Shown here piece after piece: positions 24,901 to 38,854 of a stretch of DNA of 64,000 bases. The DNA comes from Mobula birostris (lineage: Eukaryota). Within the stretch, counting starts at the first letter, position 1; every line of letters starts with the position of its first letter. Under the pieces are notes generated by a model that saw only the letters and a list, made by a program, of their open reading frames with translations, searched no databases and was not told the origin of the DNA. The stretch is taken from positions 24,748,630 through 24,812,629 of the forward strand of contig NC_092397.1 in the NCBI RefSeq assembly GCF_030028105.1, in the 5' to 3' direction. The position numbers and the translations under genes are program-made.

Positions 24901-26050
24901 CTATTTGTAAGCCAACCGCCTCTTCCCCAGTCTCTTCAGTTCGGTTCCCACCCCCCAATAGTTCTAGTTTAAACTCTCCCCAGTAGCAAACCTCCCTGCC
25001 AAGATATTGGTCCCTGTGGGATTCAAGTGCAACTCATCCTTTTTGTACAGGTCACAACTGCCCCAAAAGAGGTCCCAATGATCCAGAAATCCCAATCCCT
25101 GCCCCCTGCTTCAATCCCTGAGCCACTCATTTATCCTCCAGCTCATTCTATTCCTATACTCACTGTCCCGTGGCACAGGCAGTAATCCCGAGATTACTAC
25201 CTTTGCTCTCCTGCTTCTTAACTTCCTTCCTAACTCCCTGTAGACTGTGTTCAGGACCTCCACCCTTTTCCTACCTATGTCAGTTGTACCATTATGTACC
25301 ATGACGTCTGGCTGTTCTCTATTCCACTGCAGGATATTTTGGACGCGATCTGAAACTTCCCGGACCCTGGCATCTGGGAGGCAAATTACCATCCGTGTTT
25401 CTTTCCTGCATTCACAGAGTGCCTAACTAAAGAGTCCCCTATCACTACGGCCTTTCTCTTCCTTTCCCTACCCTTCTGAGCCACAGGGCCGGGCTCTGTG
25501 CCGGTGGCTCGGCTGCTGTTGCTTCCCCCAGGTAGACTGTCCCACCCTGCCCCCCCCCAACAGTTCTCAAACAGGAGTACTTATTGTTCAGGGGGACAGC
25601 CACAGGGCTACTCTCTGGTACCTGACTCTTCCCCTTCCCTCTCCTGACTCTTAACCACTTGTCTGTCTCCTATGGTCCCGGTGTGATCACCCTTCTATCA
25701 CCTCGTCGCTGTCCCTGACCAGACAAAGGTTAACGAGCTGCAACTCCCGTTCCCTAACGCGGTCCCTTAGGAGCCGCAGCTCAACACACCGGGTGTGGAT
25801 ATTCCCGTCCACGAAGCTGGGAGACTCCAGAACTTTCCACATCTGACACCGAGCACAGAACACCGGTGTCACACACATACTTCCTTTCCGCAATTAACGC
25901 AGGTAAACCTACCTCGCCTCATTATCACCTAAGCCAGTTGAGCCAAAGCCCTCTCACTCTGCTGCCCGCTGGATATGGCGCTCTTCTTTTTAACCTTTTC
26001 CCGCTCTACTGGCTGATGTCACGCGCCTGTGCAGTCTTGCCTCTCTTTAC
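21958..26050 (-). mobile_element. Near full-length CR1 LINE (ORF1 zinc finger plus SGNH esterase; ORF2 APE plus RT), inactivated
   Basis: CARCQMW (25687 ORF); CLPDARVREV..VHNGTTDIG (25111 ORF); CVYFNAGSIVNK..VGDFNFP..DLVL..SDHN (24089 ORF); [18 protein letters not shown] (22676 ORF); 3' hairpin plus TTTCTATGTTT tail; split by frameshifts and deletions. Confidence 0.95.
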
Positions 26051-26584
26051 TCCGAGTAGTAAAATACCTTCGGTCTGGAAATACTGAGCCGTTCCACTCG
26101 CAGCCTTCTTGCTTTTCCTCATCCTCTTTAAACCACACATTTCTCTCGTTAAACTTTTGTTGCACACACCTCATAATTGTCTGCATTAAATTCCATCTGC
26201 CATTGTAACAGCTGGACAACGTCCCATGTCAATATTTGCTAGCCTTTCTTGCTGTCCACTGCACCCCTAATCTTGGTGTTATCTGCAAACTTGCTGATCC
26301 AGTTTACCACATTCTCATCCAGATTGTTAATACAGATGGAAAACAGCAATGGACCCAGCACTGGGAAGTTTAACCAGGACAGGATGTACACAGTGAATGA
26401 CAGGTTCCTGAGAAGTGTTCATGAACAGAGACTTTGTGTGTTTCTGCCTCCACCACCTCCTCTGGCAGGTCATTCAGGAGACCATCACTGATCCTTATCC
26501 CTCTCAAACCCCCCTCCCATAATCAAGAACATCCACATTAGATATACCCAGTGAATTGGCCACAGCCGTCTGTGGGGATGAATT

Positions 26585-28095
26585 CAGAGTCAGAACCAGA
26601 ATCAGGTTTATTACCACCGGCGTGTGTCATGAAATTTGTTGATGTAGCAATAGCAGTTCAATGCAGTACATGATAATATAGAAAGAATAAATAAATTACA
26701 GTATGTGTGTGTATGGATATGTTTATTTTGTAGATTGAAAACAGTGCAAAAACAGAAATAACATATATAGAATACATCTAGAGCAGTTTTGTCTGTTTTA
26801 AATTGAGAAATCAAATGTCTTCAAACTCCTTATGAAACATATCTGCTGTCATGCCTTCATTTTACTGTAGCTGCATCGATATGTTGGGACCAGGTTAGAT
26901 CCTCGGAGATATTGATATCCAGGAACTTGAAATTGTTCACTCTCTCCACTTCTGATCCCTCTATGAGGATTGGTTTGTGTTCCCTCATCTTACCTTTCCT
27001 TCAATCAGCTCTTTTGTCGCACTGACATTAAGCACAAGGTTGTTGCTGCGACACCACTCAACTAGCTGGTATATCTTGCTCCTGTAAGTCCTCTCCTCTC
27101 CATCTGAGATTGTACCAGCAATGGTTGTATCCAGCATATTTATGGACGGCTTTTGAGCTACGCTTAGTCGCACAGTCATGGGTAGAGGGGGAGTGGAGCA
27201 GTCGGCTAAGCACAATCCCTGAGGTGCACCAGTGTCAGTGTTGATTGTCAGCAAGGAGGAGATATTAATTTGAATTTGAATTGACTTTATTTCTTGTATC
27301 CTTCATGTACATGAGTAAAAATCTTTGTTACATCTCCGTCTAAACGTGCAATTTACAATCATAGTAATTTATATTAATTTATAATAAATAGAACAGCCAG
27401 TGTAACATAGAAATACACTCAAATCAGTGTGAGTTAATCAGTCTGCTGGCCTGGTGGAAGAAGCTGTCCCGGAGCCTGTGTGTCCTGGCTTTTATGCTGC
27501 GGTCCTGTTTCCCGGATGGTTGCAGCTGGAATACATCGTGGTTGGAGTGACTCAGGTCCCCAGTGATCCTTCAGGCCCTTTTCTCACACCTTTTGTTGTA
27601 AGTGTCCTCAGTCATGGGAAGTTCACAACTACAGATGCGCTGGGCTGTCTGCACCACTCTCTGCAGAGTCCTGCGATTAACGGAGATGCAGTTCCCATAC
27701 CAGGCAGTGATGCAGCCATTCAGGATGTTCTCAATTTTGCCCCTGTAGAAAGTTGTAAGGATTTGGGGGCTCCTAGCAAACTTCCTCACCCGTCTGAGGT
27801 GAAAGCGGCGCTGTTGTGCCTTTTTCACCGCTCAGCTGGTGTGTGCAGACTGCGTGAGATCCTCGGGTATGCTGATGCTGAGGAACTTAAAGCTGTTTAC
27901 CGTCTCAACCCCAGATCCATTGATGTCAATAGGGGTTAGCCCGTCTCCATTAATCCGCACAGATTGTGGTCTCCCGGTTAGGAAGTCGAGGTGCGAGTTG
28001 CAGAGAGACCAGGTTCTGCAGTTTATTAATCAGGACTGTGGGATTGGTGGTATTAAACACTGAGCTATAGTCAATGAACAACATCCTGTCACAGG
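26585..28095 (-). mobile_element. Two adjacent Rex1/Babar LINE relics
   Basis: DTGAPQG..LVEWCRSNNLVLNVSATKELI (26985 ORF); KKAQQRRFHLRRVRKF..GCITAWYG (27571 ORF); the second copy (27270-27950) closely resembles 6315-6985. Confidence 0.85.
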
Positions 28096-28099
28096 CTGT

Positions 28100-31000
28100 G
28101 CAGATGCACTACCCCTTGGTATGGAAGTTTTACCTGATCTTTGTTCTAACAGGATGTCCTAGTATTCTGAGGCTGTGCCCTGTGATCCCAGACTGCCCCG
28201 CTATCGGAAACATCCTCCCCACTCCGTTGTAGGTCTTTCTATTTTTGATAAGTTTCAATGAGATTCCCTCATTCTTCTAAAGTCTAGCAAGTACAGGCCG
28301 AGAGCCAGCAAACAATCCTTGTGCATTAACCCTTTTATTGCCAGGATCATTCTTGTGAACCTCCTGTGAACACGTACCTTTTTAGAGAACGGGCCCAAAA
28401 CAGTTCACAATACCAAGTGTGATCGGACCAATGCCTTATAAACTCTGCGCATTACATCCTCGCTTTTGTGTTGTAGTCTTCTTGAAATGAATGCTGACGT
28501 TGCATTTGATTTCCTTACCACCAAATCAACTGGCAAGTTTATCATTAGGAAATCCTGCACATCGGAGACGTGCCTGACCCCAGTACCCGGGAGGGGGCAC
28601 CCCACCGTGGCATCTCTCTTGCTGCCACAGAATCTCCTGCACATCCCCTGTACTGTGAGTCTGTTGTCATCACTGCTGTGATTGACCTTTCCTCCCGCGG
28701 AGCATCGGACCGGGGCGTCAGTATCACTGACGTGACGGGCTGCTGTTCTCTGGTTTGTCATCCTCCCAGGGGTATCCAAAGGAGTGTACTTGTTGCTGAG
28801 GGTCACAGCCACAGGGAGACATTGCACTGTCTGTCTCTTCCCCTTTCCAGTCGTGGTAGTCACCAAACTATTTGCAGCCTGACCTCAGGTTTGACCAACC
28901 CACTGAATCTCTGGTCTCAGCATCCCGGAAACTCTGGGTCTGTCCATCTCCAGCACCATTCCCACTTCTAGTGGTCACCCTCATGCATTAATCCTTTTAT
29001 TGCCAGGATCATTTGTGGCACCTTGTCAAAGAAAGCCTTTTGAAAGTCCAAATATATGACATCAGTGCATCCCCTTTATCCATCCTGCATGTAATCTCCT
29101 CAAAGTATTCCAACAGGTTCATCAGGCAAGGCTTTCCCTTAAGGAAACCGTGCTGACTTTGTCCTTTCTTGTCCTGTGTTTCCAATACTCCTTAACAATT
29201 CACTCCGGTATCTTCCCAACCACTGAGGTCAGTCTAACTGGTCTATATTTCCCTTTCTGCTGCCTTGCTTTGTTATATGCCTTCCCTTTTGGTTTTACAT
29301 TAGCTTTGATTTCCTTGTCAGCCGCGGTTGTACTATTTTGCCATTTGAGTATTTATTTGTTTTTGGAATATATTCATCCTGCACCTCCCTCATTCTCCCC
29401 AGAAACTGTTACTTCTCTGCTGCCATCCCTGCCAGCATCTCCTTCCAATTTATTTTAGCCAACTCTTCTCTCAAACCACTGTAACTGCCTTTACTCCACT
29501 GAAACACTGCTGAGTCAGACTGTACTTTCTCCCTGTCCAATTTCAAGCTGAACTCAATGATACTGAGATCACTGCCTCCTAAGGGTTCTTTTACCTTCAG
29601 CTCCCTAATCACCTGCAGTTTATTCAATAACACACAATCCAGTATAGCTGTTCCCCTAGTAGCCCAATGACAAACTGCTCTAAAAAGCCATCTGTTCAGC
29701 ATTCAGCAAACTCACTCTCTTCAGATCTATTTCCAACCTGATTTTCCCAATCGACCTGCATGTTAAAATCTCCCATGACTCTGATGAAATCTCCCCTTCC
29801 ACAACATTGCCCTTTTGACCTGCCTTTTCTATTTCCTGTTGTAATCTGTGGTCCACATACCAGCAACTGTTGGGAGGCCTGTAAACAACTACCATCAACG
29901 TCCTTTTTACACTTGCAGTTTTTAAATTCAACTCACAATGATTCAACATCTTCCGATCCTGTGTCACATCTTTCTACTGATTTGTTACCATTCTTTACCA
30001 GCAGAGCCATGCCATCTCCATTGTCTACCTTCCTATCCCTCTGATACGTGTAACCTGGGGCATTTAGCTCCGAACTAGAAACATCCTTCAGCCGTGATTT
30101 AGTGATGGTCACAACATTAAACATGACAATCCGTAATAGGGCAATAAGATTATCCACCTTATTTCTTACACTCCGTGTATTGAGATATAACAGTTTGAGT
30201 TCTGCATTTGCTACCCTTATTGATTCTGCATCCCTCATGCATTGATACTCACCCTGCTGGCTGCAGTTATGTCCTGTCATCTGCCTGCCCTTCCTGACAG
30301 TGTGACTGCATGCGATCTTTGCTTTCTTTACCATCTGTCCTATCCTGCATCCTTTCACACCAGTTCCCATGCTCCTGCCAAATTAGTTTAAACCCTCCCC
30401 AACCACTCTAACAAACCAGCAGTATGCCCACAAGAAAACTAATCTCAGGGTTGTATATGGTGACAGAAATGTATTTTGATAATACATTTACTTTCAGCTT
30501 TGAACTTTGTAGTAGAGAGCTGGGTGTTGTACTGGTCTGTGTCCTCACTGGCCGGTGTTGTGCTCTGGCAGCTCAGTGTACTTGGTATATAGTGTCAGTG
30601 TTTCGACAGAAGTGTGTCCTTATTACACAATTGATCTTGTCCATCCTGGAGTTTGGTAGATTCACTGGTGACCAGAGTGATTTTTTTCAGACTATTATTG
30701 GGCGGAGAATCATTCTGTGATCGTCGAGACTATTTGACTCATCAAATTTATACCAACTCCTGCTACAACATTTCCACAATCCCATTCCCCACTGTACCCA
30801 CAGCTCTGCAGGTCATTTCCCCTGAAGGACTTGTCTAATTCCTCTCAGAACACTGGTTGTTCCTGCCACCACTCTGCTGAGTCCCATATTTCCCAAGGTG
30901 AAGTCAAGAATGTCCCTCTCCCTGGTGGATGACATATTGTTTCAGGAAACCTTCCTGAACACAAATAATGCTCCATCCAAGCCTCAGGGTGCAAGGGAGT

Positions 31001-32520
31001 CCCAGTTACTCTGGGGAGGTTATTCACTCACCAAATCTACTCTGTAGTTTTTACATCAGTCCATAACCTGCCGACATATCTGTTCCTCTCTTACTGGCTG
31101 TTGTGAGGCTTCCAGTATAATCCTAGCACGGGGATTGCTCCTTTCTTATTCCTGAACTCTACCCACATTGTCTGACTGGAGGAGCCTCCAGGGTGACCTC
31201 GACCTTGTGACATTCTGCCTGATCAGCCGTACAGATCCCCAACCTCATTCACCTCCCTCTGGACTGTCTGAATCATCTGAATCCTGGAATGTTTCACTAC
31301 CAGTCTTGCCCTTCTCTCAGCTGGATCTCTGTAAACACAAAATACTCTGCGGATGCTGGGGTCAAAACGAAAAGTCACCGTTTTGGGCCGGAACTGTAAT
31401 ACCTTTTTTATTTATTTCCTCGCTAGCAGGTGGCACTGGGATTATCCCCACCCCCACCACAGAGTTTCTACTTAACTTTTCCTCAACTCCTTAAGTTCTT
31501 TTTGCAGGACTTTGTCTCTTTTGTTAGAGCCAATATGGACCACGACCTCTGGCTGCTCACCCTGCCCTTTCAGAATGGCCTGTACTTTTTCAGTTCCATC
31601 CTCGACCCTGGAACCAGGGAGGTAATGCACCATCCTGCAGTCTGTCTCCTTACGACAGATACACCTGTCTGTGACCCCGGCTAAAGACTCCCCTGTCACT
31701 GAGGCTCACCGAGAACACAGAACAGTACAGCACAGGAACAGACCCTTCTTCCCATGATGTCTGTGCTGAACACGATGCCAAATGAAACTAAATCTCTTCT
31801 GCCTGCTTATAATTCATGTGCTTAAATTCTCTGAATATTCATGGACTTGTCTAAAACCCTGTTAATTGTCATTATCATATCTGCTTCCACCACTCCCCAA
31901 GGCAGCCCATACCCGGCCCTCACCACTCTCTGTACAAAAACAGAAATCTTACCTGCCCTAACGTCCACCTTTAAATTTTCACCCTGGCATTTTAAAGCTG
32001 CACCTTCTCATATTTGATATTTCTACCCTGGCAAAATGATTCTGCCTGTTTACCTTGTCTACACCTCTCATAGTTTTATAAACTTCTGTCAGGTCTCCCC
32101 TCAGTCTCCTTCACTCCAGGGAAGACAGTCCCAGTCGGTCTGATCTTTCCTTGTAACTCAAGCCCCGCAGTCCAGGTAACATTCCTGTGAATTGTTTCTG
32201 CACCTTTCCAGCTTAATCACATCCTTCCTCTCATGTGACCAGAACTGCACAGGGTACTCCTGGTGTGGTGTCATTATTGATATGTACAACTGTAATGTGA
32301 TGTCCCAACTCCTCTCAGAGCCTTTGCCGATGAAGACAAGCATGTCGTGTTCCTTCTTCACCACCGTGTCTACCTGTGTTGGCACTTTCAGGGAATTATG
32401 CATCTGTGCCCCAGGTTTCTCTTTCATCAACACTCCTCAGGACCCTCCATTCACTCGGTATGTCCTGACCTGCTTTAACTTCCCAAAATCCATCACTGTG
32501 CACTTGTCTGTCACGGTAAC
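28100..32520 (-). mobile_element. Patchwork of CR1 relics (3' ends, APE domain, ORF1 esterase)
   Basis: LSNKYTPL, LLYLNTRSVRNK, VVYRPPNS, LPGSRVED..VVVHIGSN, TPHQEYPVQFW in ORFs 28405, 29933, 29680, 31472, 32158. Confidence 0.8.
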
Positions 32521-33199
32521 AACACTTCTCTGTTTCTCTGCACCAACAACCCATCAGTAAATGTCAATGAACCATTCACCTCTGAACCTTGGTCATATAT
32601 GGTTTTATGAACCACTCACTGCTCCCGTCTCTATTTTGTTGTGTAGTTCAGCACCTTGACCCCTCTCTATTTCTCTCGTTTACAATTTATCTCCACATAA
32701 ATCACAGTCTGACTTTTGATTCCTCCTACCATTCTACATGCCATCACACTTCACCACATTAAACTCCATTTACCAAGTATTCTACTCACCAGCTTCTTCT
32801 TATCCTGTTGGAGAGATGAAATGTCCAATCACATCATGTCCCCCACCACATTCCCTGTCATTGACCTCCCTCCTCTGGGTCATTAATATCAATAATAAAT
32901 CATTGTCGATCCAGAACTGGTCACTGGGAAACTCCACTAGTAATATCATCCCAGTCTGAAACAGACCTGTTATTCTGTCTCAGTATGGTAACCAGTCTTC
33001 AGTCAGTATTAACACACTTCCTTCCCAGTACTGAGCTCTGGTCTTGTGCACCAGCCTTACATGTGGCACCTTGGCAAATGGCTCCCGAAAATCCAAAAAC
33101 ACCGCTTCTCCAACTTCCCCTGTAAAGTCTCAAATCTCTGGTATGTTTGTCAAACATGACTGAACATTCAGCAACCCAGGTTACAGGGTCTAAGACCAG

Positions 33200-33735
33200 G
33201 TTCCAGATGGACAGGGTGGTGAAGAGGCTTTTGGAACACTGGCCTTCAGTCAGGGCACCGAATATAGAAGCTGGGATGAAATGTTGCAGTTGTCCAACAC
33301 GTTGGTTTGGCCGCATTTCTCAAATAGTGTTTAGTTTTAGTGACCCTGCTGTCTGACAGACACCATTAAGCTGGGAAGAGAGCAGAGGAGGTTTACGAGG
33401 ATGTTGCTGGATCTTGAAGGACTGATTTGTGGAAAGCGTTTTGGTCAATTTTCCCTGGAATGTTGGAGAATGAGTAATGATATTGCAGAGGTGTAAAAAA
33501 TAATAAGGGGCCTGAGTTGGGTCAAAGATAACAATCATTTTGCCAGTGTTGGGGAATCAAGAACTGGAGGGCATTGGTTTAAGATGAGATTTAATAGGAA
33601 CCTGAAGGGCAACTTTTCCAGTTGGTGGTGGTGAGGGGGTTACAGACCACGAGCTCAGATAGAAACTTTGGTCATCGTGGACAATTTGAGCTGAAGGTCT
33701 TGTTTCTGTGCTGTGTGAATCTGACTGTAAACCCT
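33200..33735 (+). mobile_element. CR1 3' relic
   Basis: Decayed MDRVVK...LVWPH..LERRFTRMLL and CR1 3' tail. Confidence 0.6.
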
Positions 33736-34205
33736 GTTGACTTAGTTCAATGACATTAAACTTTTCGAAATGATTTGCTATTTCTTGATAGATTATCGAC
33801 TCCAGTACCTGAAGTGAAGTTAACAGGACTACAGTTACCTTCCACCATTCTTCAACAATGGTTTTCAACTAACTGGGACCTTTCTGTAACAGTGAGTTTT
33901 GACAGACTTCAATGTCTCTCCTTTCTCTCCAGACTTTAGTGCAGGTCGTTGGGACCTGGTAATGTTTGCTTTTAGTCCCATTAGTTTCTCCCTGGAGACG
34001 GCGGTTGTTACACATTATGGCACAATATTGAAATGTCACCATCAGATATCTGTGGGATGTTTTCTGTGTCCCCACTGTGAACACTAACTCCTTGTCGGTC
34101 TGATGGTCTGATGTTGAGTGCAGACTGGCAATCCTGCGACACCGCTGGTGCTTGACTCCATCGGTCTCCGCTGTTGCTCTGGAATCATCAGCTCCTGCAT
34201 GGGCG

Positions 34206-34620
34206 ACTGCTTGCTTCACGTATCGTACGTCCCTGACTTGCTTTACGTTTCGTACATCCCTGACTTGCTTTACGTTTTGTACGTCCCTGACTTGCTTTAC
34301 GTTTCGTACGTCCCCGACTTGCTTTACGTATCGTACGTCCCCGACTTGCTTTACGTTTCGTACGTCCCCGACTTGCTTTACGTTTCGTACTTCCCCGACT
34401 TGCTTTACGTTTCGTACGTCCCCGACTTGCTTTACGTTTCGTACGTCCCCGACTTGCTTTACGTTTCGTACATCCCCGACTTGCTTTACGTTTCGTACGT
34501 CCCCGACTTGCTTTACGTTTCGTACGTCCCCGACTTGCTTTACGTTTCGTACGTCCCCGACTTGCTTTACGTTTCGTACGTCCCCGACTTGCTTTACGTA
34601 TCGTACTTCCCCGACTTGCA
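34206..34620. repeat. 27-bp CpG-rich minisatellite, 15 copies
   Basis: Unit CCCCGACTTGCTTTACGTTTCGTACGT; 15 nine-residue repeats are visible in the ORF track. Confidence 0.97.
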
Positions 34621-34687
34621 TATCGACTTCCACAGCTAGGGCGCAATATCCATGGTCGACCCTGACCAGCGGAGAGCCATCACCAAC

Positions 34688-35030
34688 ATGCTTGCGTGTG
34701 GCCTCCTCTACTGCTACGACGAAGCCAAGTACAGGTTAGCCGAACAACACCTCATATTCTGACTGTGCAGCCTCCAATCTTGATAGAATGAACATTGATT
34801 TCTACCAATTCCGGATATCACTACACTCTGTTTCCCTCACCCCCACTTCTTTTCCCCCATTCTGATACCATTTAACCCCTTCACCTCTCTTCACACACCC
34901 TCATGACCTGCCCATCAACTCTGTCTGGTTCTCCACCTCCTTCGTGTCATCCCATGGTCCAAAGTTCTCTCCTATTGGATTCCTTTCTCTTCATCGCTTT
35001 GCCTTTTCTGCCTGTCACCCAGCTCCTCAG
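34688..35030 (+). mobile_element. Penelope-like element 3' fragment (GIY-YIG endonuclease C-terminus plus pyrimidine-rich UTR)
   Basis: GLLYCYDEAKYRLAEQHLIF*LCSLQ..MNIDF, resembling the E.hI..L.sL.P.G.N motif ending Neptune-type PLE endonucleases. Confidence 0.7.
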
Positions 35031-35059
35031 ATCATCATCCCTCCACAAACCACACGTTC

Positions 35060-35430
35060 CCTAAGGATGAGCTGTACCTAATGCAATCTGCAAGAGAACT
35101 GAGACTTCGTAAAAGATTTGTTTTCCAGCAAGACAATGACTGCGAGCTTAAAACCAAAGCTGCACAGGAATGCCTTAAGACAACACAGTTCATGTCCTGG
35201 TGTGGCCAAGTCAGAGTCCAGACCTCAGTCTGTGGCTGGACTTGAAAAGGGCTGTGCACTCATAAACTTTGTGCATTCTGACAGACCTTGAGCAGTTTTG
35301 TAAGGAAGAATGGGAAAAATTGCAGTGTCCAGATGTGCAAAGCTGATAGTGACCTATCCACATAGACTCATGGTTGTAATTGCTACCAACGGTCCATCGA
35401 CTAAATACTGACTTGAAGGAGGTGAATACA
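35060..35430 (+). mobile_element. Tc1/mariner transposase C-terminal fragment
   Basis: FVFQQDND at 35117, WPSQSPDL at about 35203, LEQFCKEEWEKIAVSRCAKLI..STKY*. Confidence 0.9.
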
Positions 35431-35469
35431 CCTACCTGCACAAGGTCCATTCCCTGTACGTTATATTAC

Positions 35470-37690
35470 ATGACACCCTTACTCTTATGCTTAACACCCT
35501 GACCAGTGGAAACCAGCATTCTGCACACCTTATCCCGCTGTGTAGCCACATTCAGTGAACTATGTGCCTGGATCCCAAGATCACTCTTTACACCAATGCT
35601 GTGAAGGGGTCAGACATTAACATTATACTTTCTTCTTTCATTTGACCTCCCAAACTGCAACGCCACATTCCCTCCCAGATTAAATTCCTTCTGCAGCTAC
35701 TCTGCATATCTGTTTGTGATCTGTATCCCACTGTGTGCATTGATCAATATCTACACTGTCCACAATTCCACCTATCTTGCTGTCACCTGTAGACTTGTAA
35801 ACCGCCCATCAACATTTTCATCCAAACATCGATATATATCAGAAACAACATAATTCCCAGCATCAATCCTTGTGGATCACCACTGCTCACAGACTTCCAG
35901 CCCTACTTAGCCTTCTATGAGAAAGCCATTTCTGAATTGAAATTGCAATTTATATTGAATCCCACTGCTCTTTTTCAAATGCCGTACTGAGGTTTATGCG
36001 GATCATGTCCACAGCCTTGCCCTCATGAAGCGCCAAGATGCTGGGTCTCATTCTTTTCACATTATATGTCAATGATTTGGATGATGGAATTCATGAATTT
36101 ATTGCAAAATTTGCAGATGATATGAAGAGACAGGTGGAGGCGCAGGTATTTTTGAGGAAATAGGGAAGGACAGACAGATGAAGAGAATGGGCAAAGAAGT
36201 GGCAGATGGAATACAGAATTGGGAAGTGTATGGTCATGCACTTTGGTTGAAGAAATAGCAGGGTTGATTATTTTCTAAATGGAGAGAAGATACAAAACAT
36301 TGAGGTACAAAGGGATTTGGGAGTCATTGTGCAGGATTCTCTAAAGGCTAATTTGCAGGTTGGGTCTCTGCTGAGAAAGGCAACTGTGATGTTAGCATTC
36401 ATTTCAAGAGGACTGGAATATAAAAACAAGACTGTTATGTTGAGACTTTATGAAGTACTGGCAAAGTCTCACTTGGAGTATTGGGAGCAGTTTTGGGCCC
36501 TGTATGGAAGGATGAGCTGAAACTGGATGGGTTTCAAACGAGATTCTCTGAAATGATTCCAGGATCAAACAGCTTGTCATATGAAGAACATTTCATGGCT
36601 CTGGGCCTTTTATTCACTGGAATTGAGAACAATGAGGGATGACTAATTGAAACCTATCACTGTGATAAAGTTGATGTGGAGAGGATGGGAGTGTCTAAGA
36701 CCAGAGGACACAGCCGCAGAATAGAGGAGCATCCTTTTAGAATGGAGATGAGGAGGAATTTCTTTAGAGAGAGTGGTGAATCTGTGGAATTCGTTGTCAC
36801 AGGCAGCAGCTGTGGAGGCCAAGGCTTTCGGTATATTTAAGGTAGAGATCGATAGATTCTTGATTGGTCAGAGCATGAAGGGACACATGGAGAAGGCAGG
36901 ACATTGGGGCTGAGAGGAAAAATGGATCAGCCACAATGAAATGTCAGAGCAGACTCGATGGGCCAAATGGTCTAATTCTACTCCTATACCTTAGTCTCTG
37001 TCATCACCTCACAAACCTCCAGCAACTTTGTCAAGCGTGATCTGCCCACACAAAACCATGCTGGTTGTCCCGAACCAGGCCATGCCTTTGCAAATGTGCA
37101 TAAATCCTGTACCTCAATATTTAACTCTGACCTGGTGGTCTTTAAACAACTCCCACATGTGGCTGCTCCCAATCAATGCCCCTTGGCTTCTGTCTTACTA
37201 CGTCCTAACTTGCCCTCCTGCAATTTAGGACCTTCTTACAAGATCTAATTTTATTCTTACTCATAACTAAGAAAAATATAAGATCCCGAAATTTTCACTG
37301 AGTCTTGGCTGTCTCCTGGTCTGGTTCATTTCCCAAAACTAATTCCCACATGTTCTCAACTCTGGTTGGGCTCGACATAATGTTTCAAAATTTCCGCAGA
37401 TTCACTGAAGAAATCTTGCGCTTCTTTGTATTGAGCAAATTCCAGTCAATTCTAGGGAAGATAAAGTCCCCCCACTGGTTATTGTGGGGCCAGTGCAAAC
37501 ATCCCAACAGTGTAACTGCAGATTGCCTCTGTAAATGAACCTTCCAGTTTGCAGTGACATTCCCAGTGGGGTAACCTCTGCATCTTTTAACCCCCCCTCC
37601 CTCCCCCACTCACATGTAAAACAATCAAACCCAGGAATGTTGAGCTGCCAGCCCTGTCCGTCCGACAACATAAAACTCCTAATGTTGAAA
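35470..37690. mobile_element. CR1 relics in both orientations (best piece + strand 36040-36985)
   Basis: IAKFADD at 36101; LGVIVQDSLK..MLAFISRGLEYK..SHLEYWEQFW; APE remnants on minus at 37400-37670. Confidence 0.8.
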
Positions 37691-37934
37691 TAAACTCATT
37701 TCAGCCCAGCAATCCCACCATGTTTATTAGCCTGACATTGGCTCTCGTTCTTTTCAGACTGTGTGTGAGGGAGTTTTGTTTTTCGCTGGAGCGCTTCGTG
37801 TCGGATGAATCGTTGGAAATTGGCGGTTGTGGCAAAGTGAAGGCGGAGTTGGACGATGAGAGGCCGCTCTCGGCTCTGTCCGTCACTCTGACTCTGTCTC
37901 CTCCCCTCCCCGCCTCTGTCTCTCTGCGCGTTTC

Positions 37935-37965
37935 TCGGGCAGGTCGGGGCGCTGTGTATAAAAGG
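37935..37965 (+). promoter_or_regulatory. H4 core promoter
   Basis: TATAAAA at 37957-37963, 61 nt before ATG, preceded by AGGTCGG resembling the H4 GGTCC element. Confidence 0.7.
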
Positions 37966-38008
37966 AGACAGCAGCGGGCAGTTTGTCAGTGAGTAGCGAC
38001 CTGAGTGA

Positions 38009-38329
<321 letters not shown>

Positions 38330-38362
38330 AAAACTCCCACCTCCTCCCGAGCACAAAACAAA

Positions 38363-38378
38363 GGCTCTTCTAAGAGCC
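38363..38378 (+). terminator. Histone 3' stem-loop (H4)
   Basis: GGCTCT-TCTA-AGAGCC followed by ACCCA. Confidence 0.95.
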
Positions 38379-38854
38379 ACCCACCGCCTCACAAACGGAG
38401 CCGTATCTACAGACTTTTAATTATTTTTTATCGATACATTCAGTTGAGTAACAGATTTGAAACAGATTGATCGATTCCGCTTGAAACATACTGCAATTCT
38501 GCCTTTCCAGTCAGTGATTACCGCAAAACCTGCATTAGGATCGATTTTAATCCTCTATCAGTTTCGAACAGAAATCAGTTCACTCGTTTAGAGAACGATT
38601 CTGCAGTTGTGAATTTAAATCTTAACTGAGGAAATTAGATATTAAATTTATTAAACGAAACTGAATTTGTATAATTCGTCATAGAATTAATTGTAAATAA
38701 AATGTAATCAAGCACCGTTGCTGGGTGGTCTTCAATTGCCGGGCGATTTTAAATTAATCCGGCGCCAATCACTCTGCATGAATGAAGTCCGACCGCTCGG
38801 CAAATTTTTATTTGTCGTAAATTTTTATTCGCCGCCAGCCTACAGGAAATGAAT

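Noticed and set aside
21958-26050. Active autonomous CR1
   Set aside because: ORF1 and ORF2 are broken by several frameshifts, stops and a deletion near 23340-23400
33869-34633. 254-aa (KQVGDVRNV)n ORF as a protein-coding gene
   Set aside because: Antisense shadow of the GC3-biased plus frame and of a stop-free 27-mer; its C-terminal part runs into unrelated sequence
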